Shown here one piece after another: positions 35,324 to 43,957 of a DNA stretch of 51,039 nt. The stretch is from Deltaproteobacteria bacterium (GTDB lineage Bacteria > Myxococcota > JACRCW01). Where the stretch lies: NCBI GenBank assembly GCA_016218805.1, contig JACRCW010000106.1, forward strand, positions 1 through 51,039, given 5' to 3'. The position numbers were made by a program, and so were the translations under genes. Each line of letters starts with the position of its first letter. Within the stretch, counting starts at the first letter, position 1. Under the pieces are notes generated by a model. The model ran no database searches, had not been told where the DNA came from, and saw only the letters and a list, made by a program, of their open reading frames with translations.

Positions 35324-36955
35324 TCACGGCGCGGCGGCGGGCTCTTCCGCCGTCACCCTGCGGCGCAGCAGCGCCACCACGGCGGCCACCAGCGCCAGCA
35401 GCAGCAGCGGGGGGATGAGCAGCCACGCCAGCGAGTGGACCGCGGCGGGCGCTGGCGGCGGGTCCTTCACAAACGCTGCCACCCGCGCTTCGCGCGCCTC
35501 CAGCGCGGCCACCCGCGCCGCCAGCCATGCCTCCGCAAACGCCGCCGCGCGCTCCTCACGCACGGCGTCCTCCGCGGCCGCCACGTCACCCTGGTAGCGG
35601 CTGTGCACCAGCCGCACCGCCGTCCCCACGCGTGAAAACGCGCGCGCCTGCAGCCAGTACAGGCTGTCCAGGTGCGCCTTCACGTCGGGCTGCCCCACGT
35701 CACCCAGCGCGGCATCCGGGTCCTCGGCCGCGGGGTCATAGCTTGCCGTGGGAACGTGCAGCCGCGGTGCGCTGGCGCCCAGTGCGTGGCGCAGCACCTC
35801 CGCCCCGTCACGGCTGGCCACGTCCACCAGGCGGCTGGCAACCACGCCCGCCGCGGGCACGTACGGCTTCTTCCCCATCCGCCCCAGCGCCTGGGCCACC
35901 GCCATCTCAATATCCTTGCGGAACTCACCGTCATCCACGGTGAGCGCCGGCACCAACGCGCGCGCGCTCTCCGGCAGCTCCTTGCCCGCCAGGCTGTCCG
36001 CCACCCGGCGGGCGGTCAGCGCGTCCGCCAGCTGCCGGTGGGTCCAGGCCAGCGCCAGCATGGATTCGTCCAAAGGGCGCAGCTCGCCCAAAAAGCCGCC
36101 CGCCGTGCCCAGGCTGCGCTCCCACGTGTACAGCCGCGCCGCCTGGAACAGGTCCCGCGCGCCCACCTGCACGCCGTTCACCGGGTCCCCCGCGTCACAC
36201 AGGAAGTGCAGCGCCTGCCCAAAGAACTGCAGTGACAGCGCCCGGCCGCCCCACAGCGCCGCCAGCACGGCGAGGTCGTAGTGCGCCTGCACGTTCTCCC
36301 GCACGAACCCCTTCACCGGCCCCGCCGGCCATCCCAGCGCCACCGCATGACGGCGCCCGTCCGCCTTGAGCAGCTCCGGGTCCGCGGAGACCGGCACATC
36401 CGCAAACCCGTCATGCGCCCAGCGCTGCGACACGCGCCCCGTGGCCGCGCCAAGGTTGGCCTGCAGCGGGTCTCCGGGAACGGGCCGCCCGTCCGGGAGC
36501 ACCAGCGGCTTGCCGGTGGCGTCCGTGGCCAGCACGTCCTGGTGGCGCTGGTCCAGGTCCGGCTGGCCGGCCCCGAGGGCCACAATCTCCGGCGCGGTGC
36601 CGGCCGCATCCCGCGCGTCATCCACGCCGGCCACCCGGCGCCCCGCCTGGACGCCCAGCAGCGCCTTGAGCAGGGCCGGGGTGAGGCCGGCTTCGCCCGC
36701 GCGGCGGACGTACGCGTCACGCAACTTGGGGTCCGGATGGGCGCGGAAGCGCACGTCCAGCCAGGCGCGGAACGCCGCCAGGTCCGCGTCCGCTGGCGCC
36801 ACCAGCGCGTCCGACTTCAGCCGCGGGTCACCCTGGAGGGCGCGTTGGGCCTGCACGGGGTGGACGGGCGGCTCCCAGGCGTGCACCAGCACCGGGGCGG
36901 CCAGCAGGGGAAGCAGCCAGAAACGGGGTGGGCGCGGTGAAGAAAGGTGACCCAT
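35324..36955 (-). CDS. Exported, C-terminally anchored protein, possibly phospholipase C/P1-nuclease fold
   Basis: AAGGAGG RBS; signal peptide followed by W-x4-H; 'QPD', 'LHFLCD' (HxxxD); C-terminal TM plus RRR. Confidence 0.65.
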   Translation of the reverse strand: MGHLSSPRPPRFWLLPLLAAPVLVHAWEPPVHPVQAQRALQGDPRLKSDALVAPADADLAAFRAWLDVRFRAHPDPKLRDAYVRRAGEAGLTPALLKALLGVQAGRRVAGVDDARDAAGTAPEIVALGAGQPDLDQRHQDVLATDATGKPLVLPDGRPVPGDPLQANLGAATGRVSQRWAHDGFADVPVSADPELLKADGRRHAVALGWPAGPVKGFVRENVQAHYDLAVLAALWGGRALSLQFFGQALHFLCDAGDPVNGVQVGARDLFQAARLYTWERSLGTAGGFLGELRPLDESMLALAWTHRQLADALTARRVADSLAGKELPESARALVPALTVDDGEFRKDIEMAVAQALGRMGKKPYVPAAGVVASRLVDVASRDGAEVLRHALGASAPRLHVPTASYDPAAEDPDAALGDVGQPDVKAHLDSLYWLQARAFSRVGTAVRLVHSRYQGDVAAAEDAVREERAAAFAEAWLAARVAALEAREARVAAFVKDPPPAPAAVHSLAWLLIPPLLLLALVAAVVALLRRRVTAEEPAAAP

Positions 36956-37031
36956 GGTTCCTCCTTAACGCCGGCGCCCGCGTCCGGCCGCGCGGGGTGA
37001 GACAACGCCCGGCGCGGGCCTGTTCCGGGCG

Positions 37032-37910
37032 TCAGATGGCCGCGGCGCGGCCACCCGGCGCGCCGGCGGACAGCCGCCGCGCGTAGTCCGCCCGGTGCGC
37101 GTCGTTGCCCAGCACCGTCCACGCGTCAGTCACCCGGCGGTAGACCGCACGGACCTCGGCCGCCAGGCGGCTGTCACGCAGGGCGGCGGCCAGGTCCGGG
37201 TGGAAGCAGCGGACCAGGGCCAGGTAGGCGGAGAGCACTTCGCGGCGGCCGGCGCTCATGGGCACCCCCAGCACCGCAAAATGGTCCAGCCGGTCCAGGT
37301 CCAACTGCATGAGCCGGTGGCGGCGCAGGTCAGCCGCCTGGGCCGCGGGGTCCACCGGCGCGGGGAACGGGACAGGCGTCAGGGTGCGCGGCCCCGCCGG
37401 CCGGACGTCCACGGGGGGGGCCACGGCCGGCAGGGTGCGCGGCATGGAGACCGCCGCCGCAAACGGCGTGGGCGTGACCACCGGCGCGGCGCGGGCCGTG
37501 CCGGGGCGGAAGCCGTCATCCTGGATGGACTCGCCCAGGGCGGCGGCCAGCAACAGGTGGCCGGGCGCGGGGACGGACAGGTAGCCGTCCACGGCCAGCG
37601 CCATGCGCCCGCCGGCATCCGCCGGCTCACCGCGGGCCACCAGCACCACGCAGCGCGTGCGCCCCTGCGCCATGGCGCCCACCAGGTCCTGCAGTGAGGG
37701 GGCGGACGCCTCCAGCAGCACCTGGCGGGCCAGGAACAGCATGGCCGGGCGCGTCCCGCCCAGGGTGGGCAGCGCCTTGTCCAGTGAATCATGGAGGAAC
37801 AAGCCCGCCGGCAGGCGCGCCGCCAGGTTGATGAACGCCATCCGCGTGAACGGACTGCGCTCCACCACCACGACATCCCGCGGCCCCCCGGCCACTGGCA
37901 CTGTGCTCAT
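37032..37910 (-). CDS. J-domain co-chaperone with degenerate receiver-like N-terminus
   Basis: ATGA overlap with Hsp70; C-terminal 'DHFAVLGV...AY..L...FHPD...AW.VL.....R..Y'. Confidence 0.8.
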   Translation of the reverse strand: MSTVPVAGGPRDVVVVERSPFTRMAFINLAARLPAGLFLHDSLDKALPTLGGTRPAMLFLARQVLLEASAPSLQDLVGAMAQGRTRCVVLVARGEPADAGGRMALAVDGYLSVPAPGHLLLAAALGESIQDDGFRPGTARAAPVVTPTPFAAAVSMPRTLPAVAPPVDVRPAGPRTLTPVPFPAPVDPAAQAADLRRHRLMQLDLDRLDHFAVLGVPMSAGRREVLSAYLALVRCFHPDLAAALRDSRLAAEVRAVYRRVTDAWTVLGNDAHRADYARRLSAGAPGGRAAAI

Positions 37911-39460
37911 GCGGACCTCGCCCGCGTGCGCAACGCATCCATCTCCGCCTCCGTCATGCCGGTGAGCGTCCGCGTGAACGCCCCGTGCACCCGCCCCGTC
38001 TGGAGATCCACCGCCGCCACGTGCAGCATCCCGTCCTGGTCCATCTCCGCGCATACCTGCACGCGCACCTGCCCGGCGGCACCCATGGGCAGGTCCGCCA
38101 CCAGCAGGTGGCCCAGTTCCACGTTGTCCACCGCGCGCGGGGATTCGCCCTGCACCACGGAGAGGCTCAGCGCCCGCTGCCCGTCCCGCGTGGTCCCCAC
38201 CACCGCCTCCGCGTGTGCGGGCACCGGCGTGTTGCGCGCAAACAGCGGCACCACCCCGCCGTCCGGCGCGGCCAGCCCCAGCGGCTGGGGCACCACGTCC
38301 AGCAGCAACCCCGCGCGGCCGGCCCCACCGGCCACCTGCTCGGCCAGCGCCGCGGCGCCCAGCGCCACCGCCGCCGTGGGGTGCACGCCGGGCACGGGCG
38401 GGCGGCCCAGCTCCGCGGCCACCGCCGCGCGCACCGCTGGCACCTGGCTGGTGCCCCCCACCATCACCACGCCGTCCAGCGCCGGCGCGGCCAGCCCCGC
38501 GGCGCGCAGCACCTCCCGCGTCACCGCCAAGGACCGCTGCACCAGCGGCGCCACCGTGTGCGCCAGCCACGCGCGCGTGACGGAGACCGACAGGTGCAGC
38601 GGCACACCGCCGCGGCGGCCCACGTGATTGAGCCGCACGGGCATCTCGTCATGGACCGCCAGGGCGATCTTGGCGCGCTCACAGGCGTGCAGCAGCGTGG
38701 CCCAGGTGGACGGCGTCTCCCGCAGGTCCACGCCGTGCTCCTCCAGGAACTGCTGGCGGATGCGCTCAGCCATGGCGCGGTCCATGTCATCACCGCCCAG
38801 CGCCATGTCCCCGCCGGTGGCAATGACGCGGAACACGTCCGCGCTGCGCTCCAGCACGGTCACGTCAAACGTGCCGCCGCCAAAGTCGTAGATGAGGAAG
38901 GTCCCGTCCGGCAGCGGCGGCGCAATGGAGAGCGCGGCGGCGGTGGGCTCGTTGACCAGCCGCAGCACCTCCAGGCCGGCCTGCCAGGCGGCCACGCGCG
39001 TGGCCTCGCGCTGCGCGTCATTGAAGTTGGCCGGCACCGCAACGACGGCGCGCCGCACGGGCACACCCAGGCGGCGTTCGGCCAGGGCGCGCAGGTGGCG
39101 CAGCACGTCCGCGGACACGGCGGAGGGCGCCACCGTGCCGCCGTGCAGGGAGATGAGCGGGTAGTTCCCGTCCCCCTTCACCACGCGGTAGGGCCGGGCA
39201 CCCACGGCGGCGCGCACCTCCGGGTCCACCCACGCCCGGCCAATGAGCCGCTTGGCAGCGAACACCGTGTGCGCCGGCGCATCAATGAGGAAGGGCACCG
39301 CGTCATGCCCCGCCACGGCCGGGCCGCCCGCCGGGTAGTGCACCACGGACGGGTGGTCCACGCGGCCTTCGTCATCCGGGATGGCCACACACAGGCCACG
39401 CGAGGACCACGCCACCGATGAGCGGCTTGTCCCCAGATCTATCCCGACGACCGGCCCCAT
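37907..39460 (-). CDS. Hsp70 family (DnaK-like) paralog lacking the C-terminal lid
   Basis: 'VGIDLGT', 'VPANFNDAQREAT', 'NEPTAAAL', 'YDFGGGTFDV', 'LGGDD', 'LLLDVVP..LG'. Confidence 0.93.
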   Translation of the reverse strand: MGPVVGIDLGTSRSSVAWSSRGLCVAIPDDEGRVDHPSVVHYPAGGPAVAGHDAVPFLIDAPAHTVFAAKRLIGRAWVDPEVRAAVGARPYRVVKGDGNYPLISLHGGTVAPSAVSADVLRHLRALAERRLGVPVRRAVVAVPANFNDAQREATRVAAWQAGLEVLRLVNEPTAAALSIAPPLPDGTFLIYDFGGGTFDVTVLERSADVFRVIATGGDMALGGDDMDRAMAERIRQQFLEEHGVDLRETPSTWATLLHACERAKIALAVHDEMPVRLNHVGRRGGVPLHLSVSVTRAWLAHTVAPLVQRSLAVTREVLRAAGLAAPALDGVVMVGGTSQVPAVRAAVAAELGRPPVPGVHPTAAVALGAAALAEQVAGGAGRAGLLLDVVPQPLGLAAPDGGVVPLFARNTPVPAHAEAVVGTTRDGQRALSLSVVQGESPRAVDNVELGHLLVADLPMGAAGQVRVQVCAEMDQDGMLHVAAVDLQTGRVHGAFTRTLTGMTEAEMDALRTRARSA

Positions 39461-39579
39461 TTCGCCCCCTCCCCCGAGAGGTGTGCGGCATTATCCCACC
39501 GGCACCAACGCCGCAAGGCGGGGCGGTCAGCCGCGAACCTGGCGAAACCTGCTGGACAGGGGGAGGGTGGGATGTTTCT

Positions 39580-39890
39580 GGGGTCACCCGTGCCTGGGCT
39601 CGGGGGCAGGATGTAGGCGGTGGGGGGTCACGCGTGGGACACGCGGGGGTCACCCGCGGGTCCGGTGGGGGTCACCGCCCAGGCAACTGGGGGTCACCAG
39701 GTAGGCGGAGGGAGGGCACCTGTAGGTGGAGGTGAGGTCCCGGGGCGGCTCCTGGGGGTCACGGAAGGGGCGCCGGGGGTCACGGAAGGGGCGCCTGGGG
39801 GTACGGAAGGGGCCGCCGGGGGGCACGGATGTGGTTCGGGGGGTCACCGGGCGGTCGCCAGGGGCTCACCTACCCACGCCGGGGGGGTAC
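39580..39890. repeat. Phased direct-repeat array: 15 units of GGGGGTCAC-like core with ~13-bp variable spacers, period 21-22 bp
   Basis: Core T (or equivalent) at 39584, 39606, 39628, 39650, 39672, 39694, 39716, 39738, 39759, 39780, 39802, 39823, 39844, 39866, 39888; eight exact GGGGTCAC copies. Confidence 0.9.
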
Positions 39891-39892
39891 CT

Positions 39893-39912
39893 TACCTACC
39901 TACCTACCTACC
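39893..39912. repeat. (TACC)5 microsatellite
   Basis: Five perfect TACC units directly after the array. Confidence 0.9.
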
Positions 39913-40051
39913 CCACCTCCCTCAGCGCCCGCGGGGGGTCGGGGAACGGGCGCGAGGCCCTCGGCAACGCAGCGCCCGTCATGTTCCCAACCCAGAAATG
40001 CGACCGCCGCGGGCACCCGCGTGGGCTGCCATGGGTCCGCTGCCGTGCCCG

Positions 40052-40534
40052 TCAGCGGAAGCCGAGCCGCCAGGTCAACAGCCCCAGGAACTTGTTCACC
40101 GGGTGGCTGCGCGGAAGCCGCGGGAAGGCGGGCGGCCGGCGCAGGCCCACGGTGTCCAGCATGGCGCCCAGTTGGCGGTGGGAAGGGAACCGCGCCACGG
40201 CGGCGCGCAGGTGGTCCACGCAGGCGCCGCGCTCACCGGTGGCCAGCAGCACGCGCGCGGCACACCACTGCACGTCCGCGTCCCCCGGGCTGGTCCGGGA
40301 CGCGGTGGCCACAATCTCCAGGGCGCGCCGCGCCTGGCCGCGCTCCTGCACCAGCAGGACGGCGTAGTGCGCGGCCACCAGGGCGTCCTCCGGCCAGCGC
40401 TGGTTGGCCCACTCCAGCACGCGCAGTGCCTCCAGGGCGTGGCCCAGCCCCTCCCAGCGGCGTGCGTCCTCACAGGCGGCCTGGGGGGTGGCCAGGCGGG
40501 GCGGGACGGAGGGCGCGCGGAGGGGACCGGACAT
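40052..40534 (-). CDS. TPR-like helical repeat protein
   Basis: Amphipathic helix pairs with 'WPED', 'SPGD', 'FPSH' turns; C-terminal 'RRPP.FP.L.RSHPVNK.LG'. Confidence 0.7.
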   Translation of the reverse strand: MSGPLRAPSVPPRLATPQAACEDARRWEGLGHALEALRVLEWANQRWPEDALVAAHYAVLLVQERGQARRALEIVATASRTSPGDADVQWCAARVLLATGERGACVDHLRAAVARFPSHRQLGAMLDTVGLRRPPAFPRLPRSHPVNKFLGLLTWRLGFR

Positions 40535-40618
40535 GCGGCCCGCATTCTAGCCGGGCGCGGCGGATTCCGGGAAGGCGCCGCGTGCCACGGCGGCGGGACG
40601 CGCGGGCGCGCCTGGGCT

Positions 40619-41605
40619 ATGAGGCCACGCGTGCCCCTGACGCATGACGACGAACCGACCGCGGCCCCACGCCGGCGCGGTCGCCCGGGAGACGCCCCAG
40701 CGCCCACGGAGCGGGTGACCCACGTGGTGATGTCCTACAGCCGCGGGTTTGCGTGGCTGCGGGCGGTGGGCCCGGACGGGTTCACACCGGCGCTGTCCGC
40801 CGTGGAGCGGGTCCAGTGCCGCCCGGGCGTCACGTGCGTGGTGGGGGACCGCGTGGAGGTGGCGGGCGGCAACGTGGCCGGCGTGCTGCCGCGGCGGGGC
40901 ACACTGTCCCGCGCAGTGGGTCCGCAGCAGCAGTTGTTGGCGGCACACGTGGACCGGCTGGTGCTGGTGGTGGCGGTGGGGCGGTCCCTGCGCGAAGGGT
41001 TTGTGATGCGCGGCCTGGTGTCCGCCACGCTGCAGGGCCTGGCGCCGCTGGTGGTGGTGAACAAGATGGACGTGGACGACGGGGACGCCGCCGCGCAGGT
41101 GACGGCGTGGCAGGCCCTGGGCATTCCCGTCCAGCCCACCAGCGTGGTGCGTGGCGACGGGATGGACGCCTTGCGCACGGCGCTGGCGGCGGGGACCTCC
41201 GCGCTGCTGGGGCATTCAGGCGTGGGCAAGAGCACCCTCATCAACGCGCTGCGGCCGGGGGCCAACCGGCGCACCGGCGGGCTGGACTGGCAGGGCAAGG
41301 GCAGGCACGTGACGACCATGGCGGAGGCCATCCCCGACGGGAACAGCCTGCTGGTGGACCTGCCCGGCGTGCGGGAGCTGGGGCTGTGGGGCGCCACCCC
41401 GGAGGACATCCTGGACGCGTTTCCGGACGTGAAGGCCGCCATCACGCGCTGCCACTTCCCGGACTGCAGCCATGACGAGGGCACGGCGGGCTGCGCCGTG
41501 CTGGAGGAACTGGACGCGGGGCGGCTGGACCCCGGACGCGTGGAACTGTGCCTGCGCATGCAGCAGAGCGTGGCGCTGGGCCTGGAGGGTGGGGGCCGCC
41601 TGTGA
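40619..41605 (+). CDS. rsgA: Ribosome small subunit-dependent GTPase A
   Basis: 'VVGDRV', circularly permuted G motifs 'NKMD', 'GHSGVGKSTLIN', 'GRHVTT', 'DLPGVR'; Zn knuckle 'CHFPDCSH..GC'. Confidence 0.95.
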   Translation: MRPRVPLTHDDEPTAAPRRRGRPGDAPAPTERVTHVVMSYSRGFAWLRAVGPDGFTPALSAVERVQCRPGVTCVVGDRVEVAGGNVAGVLPRRGTLSRAVGPQQQLLAAHVDRLVLVVAVGRSLREGFVMRGLVSATLQGLAPLVVVNKMDVDDGDAAAQVTAWQALGIPVQPTSVVRGDGMDALRTALAAGTSALLGHSGVGKSTLINALRPGANRRTGGLDWQGKGRHVTTMAEAIPDGNSLLVDLPGVRELGLWGATPEDILDAFPDVKAAITRCHFPDCSHDEGTAGCAVLEELDAGRLDPGRVELCLRMQQSVALGLEGGGRL

Positions 41606-41609
41606 GCGG

Positions 41610-42773
41610 TCAGGCCTCGGCGCGGCCGGCGGCGTCCAGGGGCGCCAGCGTGTAGACCATCACCGGCTCGTCAAAACCCTTCACGGTGGCGCGGCGGCCC
41701 TCGTGCACCTGGACCATGCCGCGCACCGCGTCAAACGTGGGCTGGTCAATGACAATCTCGCCGCCGCGCGCCAGGCCCTGCAGGCGTGCCGCCAGGTTCA
41801 CCGTGGGGCCAATGACGGTGTGGTCCAGCCGCTCGCCGTAGCCAATGGTTCCCAGGATGGCGTGGCCGGAGGTGACCCCCACGCCCACGCCCACGGGCAG
41901 AAACCCGCGCTCAAACCAGTTGACCTTCAGCTCCTCCAGCCGCTCCAGCAGCTGCTGCGCCGCCATCACCGCACGGCGCGCGCTGTCCGGGTGCATGGCG
42001 GTGGCGCGGAAATAAGCCAGGATGCCGTCACCCATGAACTTGTCCAGCACCCCGCCCTCCGCGGCGACGATGCGGTTCACCTCCGGCAGGTAGTCCCCCA
42101 GCAGGTCCACCACGTCCTCCGGCGCGGAAAACGCGCTGGCGTCCGTGAAGCCGCGGATGTCGCTGAACAGCACGCTGATGGGCTGCCGCGTCGGCGGACT
42201 GCCCACCTCGCCGGTCTGGACCTGCTCCAGCACGCCGGGGGACACGTAGCGCGCCAGGACGTTCACCGTGTCGCGCTCGCGCTCCACCGCGCGCTTGAAC
42301 CGGTCCGCGGCCAGCCGCGCGTCCACCGCCTCGTGGTTTGCCAGCGTCGTGGCGTGCCGCGCCAGCGCCAGCGCGGTCAGGGACCGGACCCGCAGCACCA
42401 GGTCGCCGCGGTCCACCCGGCCGCGGACAATGCCGTCGGGGAGAGCATCCAGGGAGCGCGGCAGCGGATCATTGGACTCCACCAGCAGCAGCACCGGCGC
42501 CGCCGCGTCTTCCGGGTGCGGCCGCAGCACGGCCACCGCGTCCAGGCCCTCCTGCAGCTGGCGGGTGAGCACCAGCAGCACCGGCGGCGGCTCGTCAGCC
42601 GGGCGGTCCTTGAGCCACCCGCAGGCGGCGTTGGCGTCATCCAGTGACGTCAGGTGGTGAAACGGGGCCAGGATGTCATGCACATGCCCGCGCACCAGCG
42701 ACGACCCGCCGACCAGCAGGACGCGGACCGTGATGCGCGGCGTGGGTGAGCGTGACGTGGTGTTCGACGACAA
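41610..42773 (-). CDS. Class III adenylate cyclase with degenerate receiver-like N-terminal domain
   Basis: 'FSDIRGFT', 'DKFMGDG', 'HTVIGPTVNLAARLQ', 'VKG'; start uncertain. Confidence 0.9.
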   Translation of the reverse strand: MSSNTTSRSPTPRITVRVLLVGGSSLVRGHVHDILAPFHHLTSLDDANAACGWLKDRPADEPPPVLLVLTRQLQEGLDAVAVLRPHPEDAAAPVLLLVESNDPLPRSLDALPDGIVRGRVDRGDLVLRVRSLTALALARHATTLANHEAVDARLAADRFKRAVERERDTVNVLARYVSPGVLEQVQTGEVGSPPTRQPISVLFSDIRGFTDASAFSAPEDVVDLLGDYLPEVNRIVAAEGGVLDKFMGDGILAYFRATAMHPDSARRAVMAAQQLLERLEELKVNWFERGFLPVGVGVGVTSGHAILGTIGYGERLDHTVIGPTVNLAARLQGLARGGEIVIDQPTFDAVRGMVQVHEGRRATVKGFDEPVMVYTLAPLDAAGRAEA

Positions 42774-42915
42774 GGTTCACCGCCTGGGCCGTGCCATCCT
42801 GCGCCGCGCTCCCGGGGCGGTCAAAGCCGCCGCCACGTCCCGACGGGCTTTCCCGCGGCCCGCCCGGTGCGGTACCCAACCACCCGCGCGCACACCCGCC
42901 ACGGAGACCTTCCCC

Positions 42916-43950
42916 ATGCGCCCTGCCCTGCTTGTTTTGGCCGCGTTCCCGGTGGTGTTCCCGTCCGCGGGCTGCAAGAAGGACGCTGCGCCACCGCCCG
43001 CCGCGGCAGCGGCGCCCGCAGCGCCGGCCGGTCCCAGCGTGGGGCTGGTGTTTGACGTGGGCGGGCGCGGTGACAAGAGCTTCAATGACGCGGCGGACCG
43101 CGGGCTGACGCGGGCGCACAAGGAGCTGGCGGCGCGCGTGGAGGTGGTGGAGCCCGGCGAAGGCGTGGACCGCGAGGCCGCCCTCCGGCAGCTGGCCGCG
43201 CGCAAGCTGGACCTGGTCATTGGCGTGGGGTTCCTGTTCACCGACGACATCAACCGCATGGCGGCGGACTTTCCGCAGCAGAAGTTTGCGTGCGTGGACT
43301 ACACGGTGACGCCGGGCAAGCCCATCCCGCCCAACGTGCTGGCCCTGAAGTTCAAGGAGGAGGAGGGCAGCTTCCTGGTTGGGGCGCTGGCCGCGCTGCT
43401 GTCCAAGGGCAACAAGCTGGGGTTTGTGGGCGGCATGGAAATCCCGCTCATCCACAAGTTCCGCGCGGGCTACACGGCGGGCGCCCGGCACGTGCGCCCG
43501 GACGCGGAGGTGCTGGTGACGTTTGCCGGCGTGACGGGCGAGGCGTTTGCCAACCCCGGCAAGGGCAAGGAACTGGCGCTGAGCCTGTACGGCAAGGGCG
43601 TGGACATCATCTACCACGCGGCCGGATCCACCGGGCTGGGGGTGTTTGAGGCGGCGCGCGCGCAGAAGAAGCTGGCCATTGGCGTGGACAGCGACCAGTG
43701 GGCGGAGGCGCCGGGCGTGGTGCTCACCAGCATGGTGAAGCAGGTGGACGTGGCGGTGTTTGACGCGGTGAAGGCGGTGCAGGACGGGACGTTCAAGGGG
43801 GGCGTGCGCGAATTGGACCTCAAGGGCGGCGGCGTGGACTACATCTACGACGAGCACAACAAGGCGCTCATTCCCGACGACGTGCGGGCCAAGGTGGAGG
43901 CGCTGCGCGCGGAGATTGTGGCCGGGCGCATTGCGGTGCCCAACCAGTGA
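42916..43950 (+). CDS. BMP-family (PnrA-like) ABC substrate-binding lipoprotein
   Basis: Lipobox SAG-C; 'GGRGDKSFN', 'FKEEEGSFLVG', 'AAGSTG', 'IGVDSDQ'. Confidence 0.93.
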   Translation: MRPALLVLAAFPVVFPSAGCKKDAAPPPAAAAAPAAPAGPSVGLVFDVGGRGDKSFNDAADRGLTRAHKELAARVEVVEPGEGVDREAALRQLAARKLDLVIGVGFLFTDDINRMAADFPQQKFACVDYTVTPGKPIPPNVLALKFKEEEGSFLVGALAALLSKGNKLGFVGGMEIPLIHKFRAGYTAGARHVRPDAEVLVTFAGVTGEAFANPGKGKELALSLYGKGVDIIYHAAGSTGLGVFEAARAQKKLAIGVDSDQWAEAPGVVLTSMVKQVDVAVFDAVKAVQDGTFKGGVRELDLKGGGVDYIYDEHNKALIPDDVRAKVEALRAEIVAGRIAVPNQ

Positions 43951-43957
43951 ACGGCGC

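Noticed and set aside
39580..39890. CRISPR array or coding repeat (ORFs 39620+, 39726+, 39829+)
   Set aside because: The 9-bp core and 13-bp spacers are far too short, no cas genes are present, and the 22-bp period breaks reading frame; rsgA more plausibly starts at 40619
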